Positions 21,112-36,100 of a stretch of 64,000 bases of DNA are shown here, piece after piece. Position numbers and translations under genes: made by a program. Positions within the stretch are counted from its first letter, which is position 1; each line of letters opens with the position of its first letter. Source of the stretch: Phallusia mammillata (taxonomy: Eukaryota); NCBI GenBank assembly GCA_965637545.1, contig OZ281498.1, positions 22,444,001 to 22,508,000 on the forward strand, written 5' to 3'. The notes under the pieces were generated by a model, which worked only from the letters and a program-made list of their open reading frames with translations, was not told where the DNA came from and did not search any database.

Positions 21112-22889
21112 GGCTATACATATGAGGAGAATCTTTCATTTGTTACTTTCTACTTTAAAATGGACAAACAAAACCAAAAGTGAAAAGTATTTTGCATGTT
21201 GTTTTGCTTCATGTTTTTGTGACAAATTGTTTGTGGAAGTATCGATTGGAAGTTTTGAGAAACAAATCTGGTCAGGGTATACCGCAACAAGCTGTGCCGC
21301 TTTCACACCGGATATGCCTCAGGAAACAACAGTTTGTTACATTTCCTACAAACAACAAAGTCTATAGTTCATTATGTATTAAACAATTAAACGACTTGGT
21401 TGAACCGTTGAAAGCATGGTCATTGACGATCACCGTTTGTTGTGTATTGTTAAAGTTCTCTGTTATTTTGCAGGAACAGTTTTATTTAAGCGAAATATAT
21501 TGATTTTGTTCGTTGAAAACATAACTCCTATTCAGAATGTATGCTATTTTTCCTGTTGCTGTAAAGAAACGCGCATGGTCATCGCGTTTATAAACAAAAC
21601 AGCGGCAGTACTGACTCGATTGGTTATCGTTGACCTGGGCATTCCAGGGTTCAAAGTAGTTCACTCAGCCATTGGTCAAAGTAACCTTCAAACTCGCAAC
21701 GTCCTACATTTGTCCGGTTTTCCCCCAATGACCACGCATCGAGCATAAGGTACTTGGTACAGCTTTCCTATTGATAGCCTTTTTGTGCAAACCGGGCCGA
21801 CGCAGGCTGTGACGTAACCAAGCTGGGAAGCTACTCCTGAAACGGGCTGGCAGAGGCCTGCGGTGGATTGCTTTCCGGTATTAGTACCTTGCAACGCCGG
21901 GTCGAAGGAAAATTAGGATCACTTTGCTCTACTGGCGGAAATTGTAGAGACGCGCTGGGTTACCGTGTCTCACGCAAGCTTACATACTTTACTCTCTCCC
22001 TCTCTTGCGAGGTGAAATCGTCGGCAATAAAACGCGTGAGAAAACCATTTTTGCGTTGGATTTTTTTACTTCGTGAAAGAAAACAGCTGTGCTATGTTGG
22101 ACAGATTTATCGAAAGATGCTGAACGTTCGAATCGAAAGAGTTAGGCTAAAATAAAAAAGCTAAAAAAACTTTTCGGATTTGAACCGGGTATTTGAATTA
22201 CCAAAAGGAGGCAAAAAAGCTTTGTTGTCCATTTCTTAAACAGGTTTACTGGCCGCATCCAACTGTGAGGTGCAAGCATATGAACACAAGAAAGAAGAGT
22301 TAATTTTGCATTAAGCAAAACAAAGCCTCAGGAAAGTTTAATACCTTAGTTGGATTAATGTTTCCGCCTACATGTCCAGCGTGTGTTGCCAAAAAACACA
22401 TTTGTGTAAATTAAATTATGGATACATGGATATACACCGTAAAAGTTGACGTTTAAATGACGCTGTTTGATTAAGCAGTACGTCGAAATCAATACCTTTT
22501 TAGGCGAAATGTATCAACAAATCATTTAGTTTTGTTATTAAATCTTGGTTTTGTAAGTTAACATTGTATTTCAAGAGACCTACATAACGACAAATCTTGA
22601 GTGAAATTGGTACAAAAGCTTCGCAAGTTCAAGTAAAGGAGCAGCAGAAAAGGGTAAAAAAAAATAATTGTCTATTTAAGGTACATGGCTACGGCAGATA
22701 TAAGCAGAAAAAATGTTCAGTTCTGGTTTGGTGCTTTAAAAACAAATTCACCAATAACTATCCAAAAACAAAAAAATGATTTAACCAACACAACAAATCC
22801 CGCCTTATTCTTCAGGCCTACCCTGTGGTTCTTTTGGTCTCCGGAAGTATTGGCGCAACAAATAGCAACGAACCGGGAGTTGTTAAGAA

Positions 22890-25800
22890 ATGATGCTTCT
22901 GCAAACCATTCTTGTTTCCGTAATGTTGTTACAGCACAGTGGAAGCCAAGCACAAAATTCAGGCAGTAAGTTTACTTGTTGAATCACCATACACGCATTG
23001 GTTCGTACATTTGTGGAATATAACGGCCTTACTCCAAACGACGTAAATCGCGACATGCTTTATTGTTTAGATTAGACGTTTCGGCATTTTTTGTTGGGCT
23101 GTTAAATTACTGGATCAAATAGTGGGACCTTTGCAGAGCACATGTCATTGAAGGTTTTACACTATGCGGGCATTACGGTATTAAACGCCACTAACAGAAA
23201 TAAATGCTTGTAAACAAGTTGCCATCAACATTACTTGGATTGTGGGTAAAACAAAATCCTGATGTCGAATTATTGCGTGTTACATGAAACAAAACCTCAG
23301 TCTACTGACAATCTTCTGTTTATACTCAACACATAAGACAAAGAACATTAGTCTTATTTTCTATGTAGACCTGAATTGCAAGTTTGATGGCAGAATGTGT
23401 TCATGGTCAAATGCTTATCGGAACTTGAAAGTTGACGATTTTAACTGGAGACTGGGATCAGGATCCAAAGGTTCGCAAAGAGGGAGTGGAACCAACAGTG
23501 GTTACGGCGGATGTAAGAAAACCAATGCAAATAAAAGAAACAGGGGATTAAAAAAAAACACAACTTTCGGACCAAAAAGCATTACCCTATTTGGCTTTTA
23601 AATGGGCATGTAGTGATAAACAATAATTTAGTGATAAACAATAAAAAAAATTCGAGCTAACCGACTAACCAAAGTTTTAAATTTATTTTTCATATTCGAT
23701 TCTTCGCAAATTTCTTCAACATACTCTTTGTTTCATTTGGGGTAAAATGACCTTCGATTGAGGACTGTTTGGTTTTAAAACCTAAATAAAGCAAGACGAT
23801 CTTATGTTGGTGTGTTGTTAACAGTGCAAGTGACGGTTGTGTTTGTGTGTAGCTGGAGGATACATGTACATCAAATCTAAGAGCTGGACGAACCGTACGG
23901 CGCTGTTGGTGAGCCCAGTGATAACAAGGACGACACCAACCTGTTTAAAGTTCTGGTACTTCATGAAAGGTCTGATATAGATTTTGGTTGGACTTAAACG
24001 CTATTTACGCTTGTGTCATACCTTTAAAGTTATTAAAAGCCAAAAAAATAGATTGTGTACAGGCTTATAAAAGCTGTTGCTGCCAGGCATAATATCAACT
24101 TTACGGAGCTCGTCTGGGAATTGCATTTTTATGCCAACGTTTTGACGTCCAAAACTAGTCGCCTTCATCAGGGTGTATAAGCCTTGTGTATCATCTATTT
24201 CATTTCGATGATGAGTGGAACGAATATGCAAAGATACACAATAAGAAAGCTCAAACTCCCATCAGTTCCTTATGTTTATAGTCCCACATGCATTCTTCAC
24301 GTAAAACTTTGGCAATCATGTTTTGGGTCAACTTATTTCCAGTCCATGCCTAGTGTTTCCACGCTAAGAGAATAATTTAAAAAAAGGAATTTATTTTTAC
24401 TAAATCGGGAACAAAACCCTTGATATTTTTAGGTAAAACCATGGGTCACCTAGCAGTTTACACAGCCGCAAGTAAACTGAGCATCAAAACAACACAGAAA
24501 GTGGTTTGGAACTTGCGAGGGCACCAAGGAAACCAATGGAAAAGTGGAACGGTAATATATTTGAGAAAAACACGATAATCAGCTGGCCAAGTGTTTTCCA
24601 TTTAAAATAGAAATCCACTGATTTAAAATACAGTATGAAGGATCCACACAGATACCCCAATTATTCAGTACAACTTGTAAAATACACCCAAAAAACAAAC
24701 TTTTGATTTATCGAAGCTTCAACGCTAAAGTGAGGATACGCTAAAACTGTTTTCTGGTTAATGGACGTGTGCTGTGTGTCAACATAGTTTCTCAAATTTT
24801 CAAACCAAATATCATAACAGAGTGGGTTTTATGATGTTTTACAAACATTGCATACTTTTTGCAAATTTGAAATTGCAAGCAGTTCTATTATTTAACAAAA
24901 TTAAGAAATTAAAGGTGCTATAAAGCATAATAAATATGTTTTTACAACAATAGCAGCTGATCGTGCATGAAGCGTAGCACTTGACAACAAAGTTTTATAT
25001 TTTGTTGACAAATTCACACTACTTTCGATCCTTAAGATTCCTCTGCCTGCGATGCAGTCGGGAGTAGTGGTATTTGAAGCGTTTGATTGGGAAAGGGGAA
25101 AAAGTGGAAACATTCTATTGGACGAGGTGACATTGAAACCATTGACAGGAAGCAATTCGTGCAGACGTAAGTTCTATTCATATAAACTTGGCCTGACAAG
25201 TTTCAAGTCTACAGCTTTACATCAGATTGGACACAAACATGTTTTGCTGTCGTTTCGGTCTTGGTTTCGTATCATGTCAAAAACACAGAGCCTATGCTTC
25301 CTGTGTGACTTTTAGGCAGTTTTACTTTGTTATTGCGAGAAAAAACGATAGTGACTTGTCCATTAAGCCTATTCCAACCTTCTTGCATTTTTTGAAGCAT
25401 ATGCATCCTTTGTCCGGCTAGTAGGTTAAACATACTTTGTTATTTCCATTTGCCATATTGCGCTGCACGGTAACATACTGCGACTGGCAAAAAGCTGTTA
25501 CCGGGTTTACAACAAGGACAAACCGATTCATATCCGCTCTTTGCGTGTTCGCTCTGAAAATAGGATCATGGAAACTATTGGATTGCAAATGACGTTTGCC
25601 TTATTCAAATCGCAATCCAAGAAAGTTTGTTAACCGCTGGTCTTTCGTTTAACCTTGGTGGTCTTTGAAGATAAAACTTACCTCGTTTTAACACTACATG
25701 AACAAAACGTAATGTTTAGTTATGTTCACTGCATTTACCCCCAACGCACGTATATTTAGCCCGAGATTGAGTAATGACAAACCGTCTTAACTTTTTGCAT

Positions 25801-26514
25801 CGTGTAATTTACTTTTTTTAGTGATCTGCAGTTTATAGTGGTTTCTCTTTTTACCGAAAAAGCCACTCGGTGCAATAACACCATTAAGCAATGAACTTGA
25901 ATCATGGACGAACATAGCCTAGCGAAACTTTCAATCATTACTTTAGATTTGTGAAACACAATGTTGATAAAAAAAAGAGCAAAAACGTTTGGTCGTCATG
26001 GGGCGGTGAACTACGATTTAATATTAATTGTGGCAACTTTTGGCTTTCAGTTCAACCATCGTACGCTCAACCAGCAACACAGGCCACAACTTCAGTGCCA
26101 TCTGCAACCACACAGCCACCAGCGCTCGCCACAACCATTCAAGCAACAGTGATGGCACCAGCTACCAACGCAACTGTTACCTTCCAGCCGTCAGCAACTA
26201 ACGCACAGACGCCTGGTGCATCAAACGCTACGTTTTCTGGAACAACCAACAATTTTTTAACAGGAACACAGACAACCAACAGTAGCTTCCCCACTGGGGG
26301 CATGTTAGCGGCCAGCGACGCAAAGGCGCATACTGTCTGGATTATCCTTGGCGTGTTATTGGTTGTAAGCGTGCTTATAGTGGGGCTGGTGCTCTACATA
26401 CGACGAAGGAGGAAGCCCCGTTCCATGTACGCTGACGACTGTTCGGTGACGATAACGCGAATGTACCCGAACATCTCCAGTGAGCCGCATATTGACTACA
26501 GAAAACTGACGTAG
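22890..26514 (+). CDS. Type I membrane protein: signal peptide, one MAM domain, Thr/Ala-rich mucin stalk, TM helix, short Tyr-motif tail (~349 aa)
   Basis: Exons 22890-22965 (signal MMLLQTILVSVMLLQH), 23369-23512 (CKFDGRMCSW..DDFNW), 23853-23969 (GGYMY..ALLVSP..CLKFWYFM), 24433-24551 (LAVY..W..GHQGNQW), 25037-25166 (VVFEA..GNILLDEV), 26051-26514 (TQATT stalk, VWIILGVLLVVSVLIVGLVLY, RRRRK). Exon lengths sum to 1050 nt in frame. Confidence 0.9.
24070..24180 (-). mobile_element. Diverged family A copy in the MAM gene intron 3
   Basis: Minus strand reads CCCTGATGAAGGCGACTAGTTTTGGACGTCAAAACGTTGGCATAAA..GTTGATATTATGCCTGGCAGCAACAGCTT. The GAAA of the core is mutated to AAAA, so it is probably inactive. 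Confidence 0.7.
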
Positions 26515-27102
26515 GGTGGCGCTAAAGATCGCAAGAAGTTGGATTTTTTACTCCGCATCGGCTGTTCATATATATATCTTTGCCTTTGTATATTGACATT
26601 GGCGCCGGCAAAGTAATACGTCTTATGCACATGTACTTGTGTTATTTCAATGCAGTATAAGCATGCAAATAGGAACACATTGTCTAGTGTTGCGGGAAGA
26701 CGGTCGAGTAAAACTGTACGGGGGATTGTATATATGCTAATCCTAGTTTCGAAATGAGGATATATTCACTTTTATATTTTCACAATAGGCCACTTGCCAA
26801 CCAATTTTTTTGTAGCATAAATACTTCCGAAAGCTGACACGCATGGGTCCCACATACACAATTGGTTTCATCGAACCGAAGCAGACAAACTGGTTAACCA
26901 ACCCAATAAACTTTAAGAAACAGGAAACCTTCTGAAATTGCAAAACTGTTAATCACGAAATCTAAGAAATATCCCAAAAAACGCGTTAAAGCAAAAGAGA
27001 AAGTAAAATATCTGGAAGGAAGTTCGTCGAGACACTCGAGATGTGATGTGGCAAATAGAATAGAACAACAGAAACATTGTTTCGCTGCCACCTAATTTAA
27101 AT

Positions 27103-27125
27103 CAGTGTTGTTCAACCTACAGCCC
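27103..27125 (+). mobile_element. Solo hAT-like terminal fragment
   Basis: CAGTGTTGTTCAACC resembles the TIRs above; no partner end or TSD found. Confidence 0.3.
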
Positions 27126-30100
27126 AAACCGGCAACAGGTTTCTGTGAGTGCTCGATAACCTGACAGTATACAAAAAGTTAAGATTCTGTTTTTTACATT
27201 TTTGGTCTGCAAAAAGGCGCATAGTACAGCAGCAAATCGTGCAAGAACAAAGCGTTTAGAAACACTTACTATATCAGATCAGTAGCCTCGTTTAAAAATC
27301 AACTGCAAACTGTTAGGCTACGGACACAACATTTCCATTTTCTTGACCCTTGTTTATCTACAACACACAGTGAGCACCTTCGCTAATCCCCTAGGTGTCA
27401 GAGGCACTGACGTATATTAACCACGTGACTCGGTGCCGGTCCTGCTTATTTACGGTGTCGGTGGCAAAGTTTTAAAGCGTCTCGACTCTCAAACCAATGA
27501 TTATGCGCCAATAAATCATCGAGCGGAGATGACACATGCTTTTTGGTGTTGTTGGAAAACAACGGAAACGGTTTTCTATGTGTCGCTGTAACAAACTTAA
27601 ATGACTTCTTGTTTGCTACGAATTTGTTTACAAACCTGTTCCACATACTATTTTCTCGTAGTTTTAGATTTTTTACATTTTCTTCCAGTATGTTTTCAAA
27701 TCTACTCTCTTCGGGCTAGCAAATTTTTGTTCAATGAAAACTCATAAACGATGCTCAGAAATAAGATGAGATGCTAAACAGGTAAGAGAAAGTTGCTGTA
27801 GTTTTGCCGCTAAGGCAGCCACAAGAAGAAAATCGTATGATGTTAGAGTATATAGTTTTTATGTGAAAACCCTTGCAAAAGACAGTCTACCATGCAAAAG
27901 ACAGAATCGCATTTCATTTGTAGTTGGGAAACACCAATTGAAATGAAGCGCATAGGCTGATGTTTGCAGGCAGCAAGCCTTGACCTTAGTTATCGAAACA
28001 AAAGGTTCCTTGCATACCTACGCTCGAACCGCGGTTTTGTCAAAAATTCACAAAATGCTACGCCTCTTTGCACTTTAATCCTAATAAGAGCAACGACAAG
28101 TGCCCCTGGACGCCTGGGTCCCTCTAAATTGTTTTGTCAGCTTGAACTCCAGAGTGGGGTTAAGACCCTATTGACCCGGGGCCTTTTCGGATCCCGCCAA
28201 GGGTGACACAACCTTACCTTGTGACGTCACGGGCAATAGAAATCATGGGAGTGTTATTAGTAAACATCGAGTCGCACGTGCGTCAGAGGGCATAGCGAAA
28301 TGGCGACGGTTCGAGATCACATTTGGTCGAAGCAAAACATCAGGGAATCTTCCAATTTCGAAAAGGATTTCGCAACGCTCAAAGGTCACTGCAAAATTTT
28401 AGCCCCACAAGTTGATTTAGTGCCACCCAGACTAGCAATAATGCAGCAGGTTTATAGCGTTGAGGAGACAAATAAGTGAGGGACGTCGGGGTTAACTAAG
28501 GTTAATCCGCAGTATGTTTTCGCAATATACTGCACAACCATATGCGGGTATAAACTGGACGCCAAAGCTCTTTGCACTTGAATTTTCGTTGTGTGACGCA
28601 GTAAAACAGCGGGGTTGACGTATGGTTTGACGTATTTTGTCACTTAGAAATGTTGATGTATATTTTCCAATTTAAAAAGGTAAATTCCAAACACAAATAT
28701 GCTTTTTAGCCAAACACTGACGATAGAGATTGATGGCACTTACAATATTGTACTATTCGCTCCATAACTTGAATTCAAATCTCGGCAAGGAAGTACAAGA
28801 AATGCTGGAAGTGTTTAAAAACGCCCACGGCTATTGGGGTTTTAATGCCAGAATAAGATTCAAGTGATAAAACAGACAAAATAAAGCATTTTATGGCAGA
28901 ATTATAGTTCCACTATGGTGGATGAAAACGACTCTGGTCATATACAAAAAATATAACCACAGGAGAGCAAAACTATCAAGCATATAACACACCACAGAGC
29001 TTTCTAAAACAGTTTTCGCAGTATCAAATAGCACGTACGCTCCAACACTTCGAGATAACGCAAACAACATCAACATCGTTAGGCTTAAACGGATGAGAAC
29101 GACTTAAACTTTGAGCAAAAACGCGCAGACTGTTATCACGTAAACACTAAAATCCGCAAAAAATCATCTTATCCCAACCGCGTGATGAGCTACAATACGC
29201 TGCATCATATTATCTTGATAAACGACTTGACAGGCAAGGTGTTTGCTCCGCATTGTTGCACAACCACACCGCTTGTTGGCGCAACAATGCTGCTTTTATT
29301 GAACGGCAACCGACGGTCGAATTTAATTGAGACAAACGAGCATTGTTAGTTCACAGAGATAGGCATTTTTCAAATGTGGAGCAGGAAACAGATTGACAAA
29401 CTGGATCTTGCAAGATCTGAGGAAAGGCAGTAATTCTTGACAGGCGCTACCGCCCGCACAATTAGTTGTTTGATGAAGTGCTCGAGCTGTGTAGGAGTGC
29501 ATGTCCTTGTTTATGCAACGGTTAAGTTCAGCCAGAAGATTAACGTAAATCTTTGTAAGGCGAAAGTTGTCTCTGTTACCATTTAGCCGCAAGCAAACCA
29601 GATTTCTTTGAAGACACAAAAATCATAATAAAAAGGTATTACGTAAGTTTAAGAATCTAATATGCCGCTCCTTTATTTATCTTGGACGAATACCTGCAAA
29701 AAGTGCCGAATGACAGCATTCTATGACTCGGTCTAAGAAAATATCTCCAAACATAATCTCACGTTTTTTTTTCACAAATAAGTCACGATTGTCATTTGAG
29801 CGGGACCACCCACAATTAGCAGTTAAAACAAGACAACATTAGCGCCACTAAATCGACTATATTTCCTTGTCCAATAACAACAAGATATACACGCCTTAGA
29901 ACGCGGCGACTCAACAATGGGCCTTGACGTCACAGTCGGCCAAGAGCAAAACATATCGCCGCCGCTTTAAAGGTCACTGTGGGTCAAACCGACTTGTCAC
30001 GTGTACATGCGGGCAACAAGCCGCCTATTGAATGCTTCCCCGAAAATGCGGGCCTTCTCCGCAAGGCCGTCAATCAACCGGATGATAATGTAGACAAACC

Positions 30101-33100
30101 GTCTGATTTCGCATCGCCGGTTCACTGTGTCGAGAAGACAACATCTTGATTTACAGTTGAACATGAGTCACAACTGTTTGAGCGCAGTTTTATGCACGTT
30201 TTGTACGACTGGTGAAAAGTGCAAGTTGATCTGCATTATTGCTTGGCTAACATCCAGCGTAAACTAGCACTCAAAGTGGACGTTGCGACTTGCACGATTT
30301 TCATTAAGAGCGGAAACGACATATATTCCCTGATTGCTTATCTTGATGTTAAGGAGTGTTTAAAATGATCTTCCATTTCATGTATAGATCCAATTGTACT
30401 CACGATAAAATTCGTGAATCGCAATACTGTATCGTTACCTGAAAATATGACTGTTCAATAACACATCCGATATGAGAATGCTGAAGGCAGTAAGAAAGTC
30501 AAAATGAAGCAAAACGACACAAGTTTTGAACTACTTTTGGTAGACAAAAACATCTAAAAGTTACAAGAGACTAAATTTCGCAAGTAACCTTTATCCTGGT
30601 ATAAAACCATACCACAGGTCGAGAGACGATATTAGGTCACCAATTTACACACCGTATCATATATGTTTACACATCTGATACTAAAAAGGCACTTTGCCAT
30701 CTAGTTTCATTTTGCGCGTTTATATGTAAATGTGGGCGTGTATTTTCTACGATAATTGTAAGTGGTTTGGAGGGTTTCAGCACGTGATAAGACTGCGATT
30801 GGTAAATTCCAGGGCGCGTGCGTGCAAAACGAATACACAACGAAACTGCTAGTATGCAAAGTTTAATGCAAACACCGAAAGTGCCTAATTGTCCCTCAAA
30901 ACTATAGTGCATTATAAACTGTTGGTGTTTGCAAAATATTGGTGGCATCAACAAACTAGTTACTACATAAACACATATTAGATTACAAGAAAAGTATGGA
31001 AACAAGTATAGAAACTTATAATAAACATTACATCAACGTTGAACTTTTGAAACGTTTAAAATTTGCGATTAATATCGTCAGCCGTCAGTTAAAAAAACCA
31101 ACGGAACCGGTGTGATATGTTTAGCGCCCTAGAACGATTAAGAAAGCGATACAGCGTTACTGATAAAAGCTCCACATAATGATATGAGCAAATTCTTGAA
31201 AAGTATGCTTAAACCGTGAATTGTGTATCCAAAAGAATAAGATTTTAAATCTATGAAGCACAAAAATATGAATGAAACATCCAATTTGGCACATGTTCCT
31301 ATGTTTGTGAAACAAAGATTTTCTGACAGAGATATTCTGATAACGAGTCAGTTTAACTATTTGCAAAAAAGCCAAGTGCGTTTTCAGCAAAACTACCGAT
31401 AATTTATGCAAGGTATATAAGCATGAATTTATTATCATTTTCGGGCACTGAGAAGCAAACGGACTATAGCCAACACCGTGTTAAGTGTAAAGCGAAGGTC
31501 AATCTGATAAAAGCTCTCAAGTGTTAACGATGCCCCTGACATTTTCTTGTTAGAGATAATAGCCTACCCCCTTAAAACTGGAGCAGTGAGTGACGCACAG
31601 AAGTTATAAGGCGAGAAAGGTTGTGTTTTTGTAACCAATGGAAATTTGTTGACGTCAAAACAAAGGAATTCGCCGCAAATAAGCCCGGGCAGTGAAACGC
31701 AAAAATTGTGGCAATGTTCCGACTTGTACCGAGAAACAAAAGCAGAAATAAATATTTCCAGGAACTGACCCAAATTGGCCACTGTTACGTAGGGACCAGG
31801 AAAAAAACGAAAAACTTCGATGACAAAAGATAAAAGTATCACATGTACAATTGTTTTTTCTGTAGGCGGTCCTGTCGCATCGTGACACAGTTAGTCAGTA
31901 ACAGGCAATTCAAGTGTGGGATATTTGTGGTTCATGTTTAAAGCAATTGGCTATCTAAGTTTTGTATCTAGAAGATTACCACGCACTTTGTATTTACAAG
32001 AATAGAAAGCAAGACCACGATCGCTTGATATCATTTATCGTCTGTACAGGTACTATCGGAGGAGCTTGTGCAAATTGTATTTACAAAGTTTTTTTTCTAA
32101 AACCGTGTAGATCTGTTATACATTTCTACAATTAAATTTGGTTCACAGCTACAAACATAAAATCAACGTATACGTAGCCCCAGAAACAAAATCACCACCT
32201 GGTATGAAAAAGACGACCCACATTGCTTAAAATTGGTAACATTGCCATAGCGAAACAGCTTGTACAGCTCGACATTTTGTAGCAAATCTAGATTTTTTTT
32301 ACAGTTTGTGTTCAACGAGGGCGAGCAATTAATATTTTCTCCGTTTTGTTGTACTTACAAGTCATAACCAACCCATAGACAGACAGCATGCAAAAACACA
32401 CATAAATACAACTGCTTAGCAGTTTCAGTTGTGATTAGCCCCATTTTTTCCGTGCACAGGACCGCCGAAGTGGCGCTGTTAACAAGGCACAATAGAATAC
32501 GTTTTTGCCATCACATTCCTTGCACATTTTTAAACGTTCACGAAGCAGAAGTGGCGCGTGTCACACGTTACACTATCCCTTGCACAGGAAGCAGCACTTG
32601 TCATGCCAAGTCAGAAGCAGGAGGCAGATTGACAACCGAAAACAGAAAACTAACTTTGATGGAAATTACCCTCACTGCCACATCCGTCATTTTGAAGCAG
32701 ACACAAAATCTTTGAGCAAGTTAAATCACACAAGCATTCCTGTTGCAGGTTTACCTTCACTAAAATAAGTGGGTCTTAAATAAACGGCGATTGGAATTTT
32801 AATCTTACTAGAAAATTATAATTGTGCTTCCCAAGGGTGCGCAAAGGGTTAATGTAAAACCATTTAAGACGTTCTAAGGTTTCAATATGGGGAAACCATC
32901 TAAGAAGAGCCCACATACTTAATGGATTTATAAAAGGCATTCAGTTCAGGACAAGTGAATTCCTTGCATTTATTTGATTGTGGTTGTTAATCGGTTTTGC
33001 AAAACACCAAGGTCATTGAAAAACAACATGGTTTATAGAGTCCAGTGCTCTATTATTCGCATAACGCTTGAAGTGCACTGGTTGAGTTTTGCTGGAGAAA

Positions 33101-36100
33101 AAACTTATCACAAAATGGCTGGGAAACACTGAACAGACGTTAAAAAACATTTTCACGTAAAGTGCTGTTCTTAGCCAGTTTTTGTTAACTCCTTTCCCCA
33201 ACTTAATACCAGTGGGATTTGTATTGGGCTACGGAAGTACGGAAAGGATTACCAACTTTGCGGGCTTCGTTTATTTGGCGTTCTGTTTAGAACGAACAAG
33301 TTCAACAATTAGCTTTGGAAATTAGACTGCGTAAAGATTCAATGTGCGTCATTGACGATCGGTAATTGGATTCTAACTCCTTTTGACTCATTCCTCTTTG
33401 CAAAGCTTTCCTACCAAGAACTTGGGGGCTGCAATGTAAATGAACCCTTAAAGCAAACAATTTCTCAAAATTTAAAGTAATTCCACGAAATATTGCATGT
33501 TGTACATCTTTAAGCATACATTTTACTAAAGATGGGAGAAGTAACATCAAAGAGTGAAAAAAAAACAGAGGGTTAACGCAGGAATGCATAGGAAGACCAT
33601 TTTCCACGTACAGCTCGCTTTAACCGCCGAAAATGCAAAACCATTTGCTTGAAAACAATCCTAAAACGATGACCTCATAGTTTCTGCGCCGCTAATGCTT
33701 GAAAACGCTGAAAAAGGGGTCCTCGTTGGGGGCAAGGGCGATCAGCTGGGGTTTGGGTTCAGCGCTCGGGGGTCGGAAGTAAACAGGGGCTGCAATTGTG
33801 CTTCCATTGTTGCGTATGAATAGACCTACTGTTCCATGAAAAAGCGCTAACCAGGTCCCCCGCAAAACGACACCAATTCGAAGCTAGGAAGTGGAACGTT
33901 CCAAATATGTACTTCCCTTGATTATGAGTTTTAAAATCGAAGTCTCATAAAATTCAACATATGAACCGACATATACATGTGTGTGTGTGTGTGATATGCC
34001 ATGAGAATTTTTTCCAATATCTTCTCACGGTTGTGTTGGCAACTGCAATTTTGATGTAACGTGCCAATTGCATGCGGTTTAAAAGAGAGGGCACCATGTT
34101 CTAAAACATATGTTAAATGGCCAACAATCTTTATGAACTGGTAAAAACAAAGCGATTTAGTGTGGATCATACTTTTTCGTCCATGGTAAATAAAGTTGAA
34201 CCAATCAGATATTTAGAAATAGAAGCACTAATACCCGCAAAACTGTGGTAATTTGTGACAAAAGTTATCAAAATCTATCTATATTTGTACAACAATTCTG
34301 TCAATCTTTTGTCAGTATCATTTCAGTTTAAAAGTATTTTTGTTCTCTTTTGCAAATCAGGTCACTTGCTTTACGAAGATTTCTTAATAATTCGAGCACG
34401 TGACTCAATGACTTGAGTAAAACAGCCAGGTGAACAAAAGCAGCACCGGGAACCAGTCTGTCAACTGACAATTGCCTTGTCCCCTTGTGCACGAGTATTC
34501 ATTGCAAATACTCCCGTCTCTCAGCGTGTCGGAAGTATTGATTTCAAACACTTGTGGTTGTGAAGCGGACAAGGCCCTCTCGCCTGTGTGCAGTAAAAAC
34601 AAGCGATACGAAGCTCCTTTCACAATGAGAGTTCCATTGTAGTCAAATGCGTAGGGTCTAAAATTAGCCTCCGTACGATGTCCGGTAGTGCCCCTTTTGA
34701 CGGGATGTTTTTAGCAACGCGCGCACTTACTGTGATGTTTGTGGCTTCGGTAATGAGAAAACAGTGGGGCTTGTGTTAAAAAAATTCAAAGACGGACAGC
34801 ATTGGATGTTAGACTTCCATCAAAAGGTCACAAATATGTCAGTCAAACCAAAATCAATTAAAGCAAGACCTTTATGGAAGTGAACAAGTTCCTTTAAGAT
34901 TCGGTTTGAAATGCTTCAAGGGAGAAGTTGCCTAAGATCAAAGTCTCCCTTCTATACATAAAAGTGATTTTGGTTTCCACACTTCAGTGTAGTTGTAGTA
35001 TACCAGAAATCCAACTATAAATTACGTAATTTTCCCAGTCTAAAAATGTTGTAACCACATACAGGAATTATGACTGTATCAAAAAAAACCCAGAAATGTT
35101 TACAGGATTAGTAATCCCGCAAAATTATGTGGTGAAATAATCCCGAAAAACCTAGAAACAAGCGACAACTCACAAAGAATTTAAACCAACGTCGGGTAAA
35201 GCATTCGTAAGAAACGATTACCTAACTGGCAATTTGTAAACGGAATTTTATCTTGACCAATAGGGAGGTCTTTTGACCAATGACATCAGTGCTTTGCCCC
35301 CACGTAAGCGCGTAAGCATTCCGGGGGTAGAGGGCAGCGTTGTTTCCATACGATGTTTATATAAACAGTCGCAGAGATGTAAAGGCACTTGGACCTTTCC
35401 GGTGTCCATTTGTATCAACGGAAGAAACGCCTCAGACAATAATTGAATGGGATTATGTTATCATAAAAATCACAGATACTTGACACGACGCACCCCTAAG
35501 AAGTGGATTTACAAACACACTAACAGTGATTCACGTCAACAGATTCTACAGTCTATTGTGTGCAACTCGTAACGGCGGTTACCGGGTGAATCACTGAATC
35601 GGAAACTGTTCTTTTCGTGCCCGAAAGAATTCGAGACTCGATAATCAAGAGCGATGGGGCTCACTTTTGAAGCCAGCGGACTCGGTAATTTGAACAAAAG
35701 TACCAACCTTAAAATAAACTGACCAATCTGAACCATGGTAACAAGCAAAACACGGCACCTAGTTGGCTCACTTTAAGGTCCAAAAATACGTGCAAAGGAT
35801 TAAATGGATGTTGTTACAGGACTTATACGTATAAGCCATGACATATGGCAAAATATAGATACATTGTGCATGGCTACATTTTCTCAGCCCGCAACGCCAC
35901 GGGAACGGTAAAAAGTCATACTTTGCATCTCTGGGATAGGAGTTCGAGTGATGTATTTTAAACTTCGAATAACCATGCGACTTCAACGGGTCTAATTTAG
36001 GACTTGCGGGACTGTTGTATTATAATTTGCATTCTAAGATGCATCAAGGCTATTTTCACATTCCTACTGTGAGAAATCCACTAAACAAACACATTTGCGA

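Noticed and set aside
22165-22210. GGTTCAAATCC B-box (tRNA/SINE-like) on the minus strand
   Set aside because: No A-box at proper spacing and no cloverleaf.
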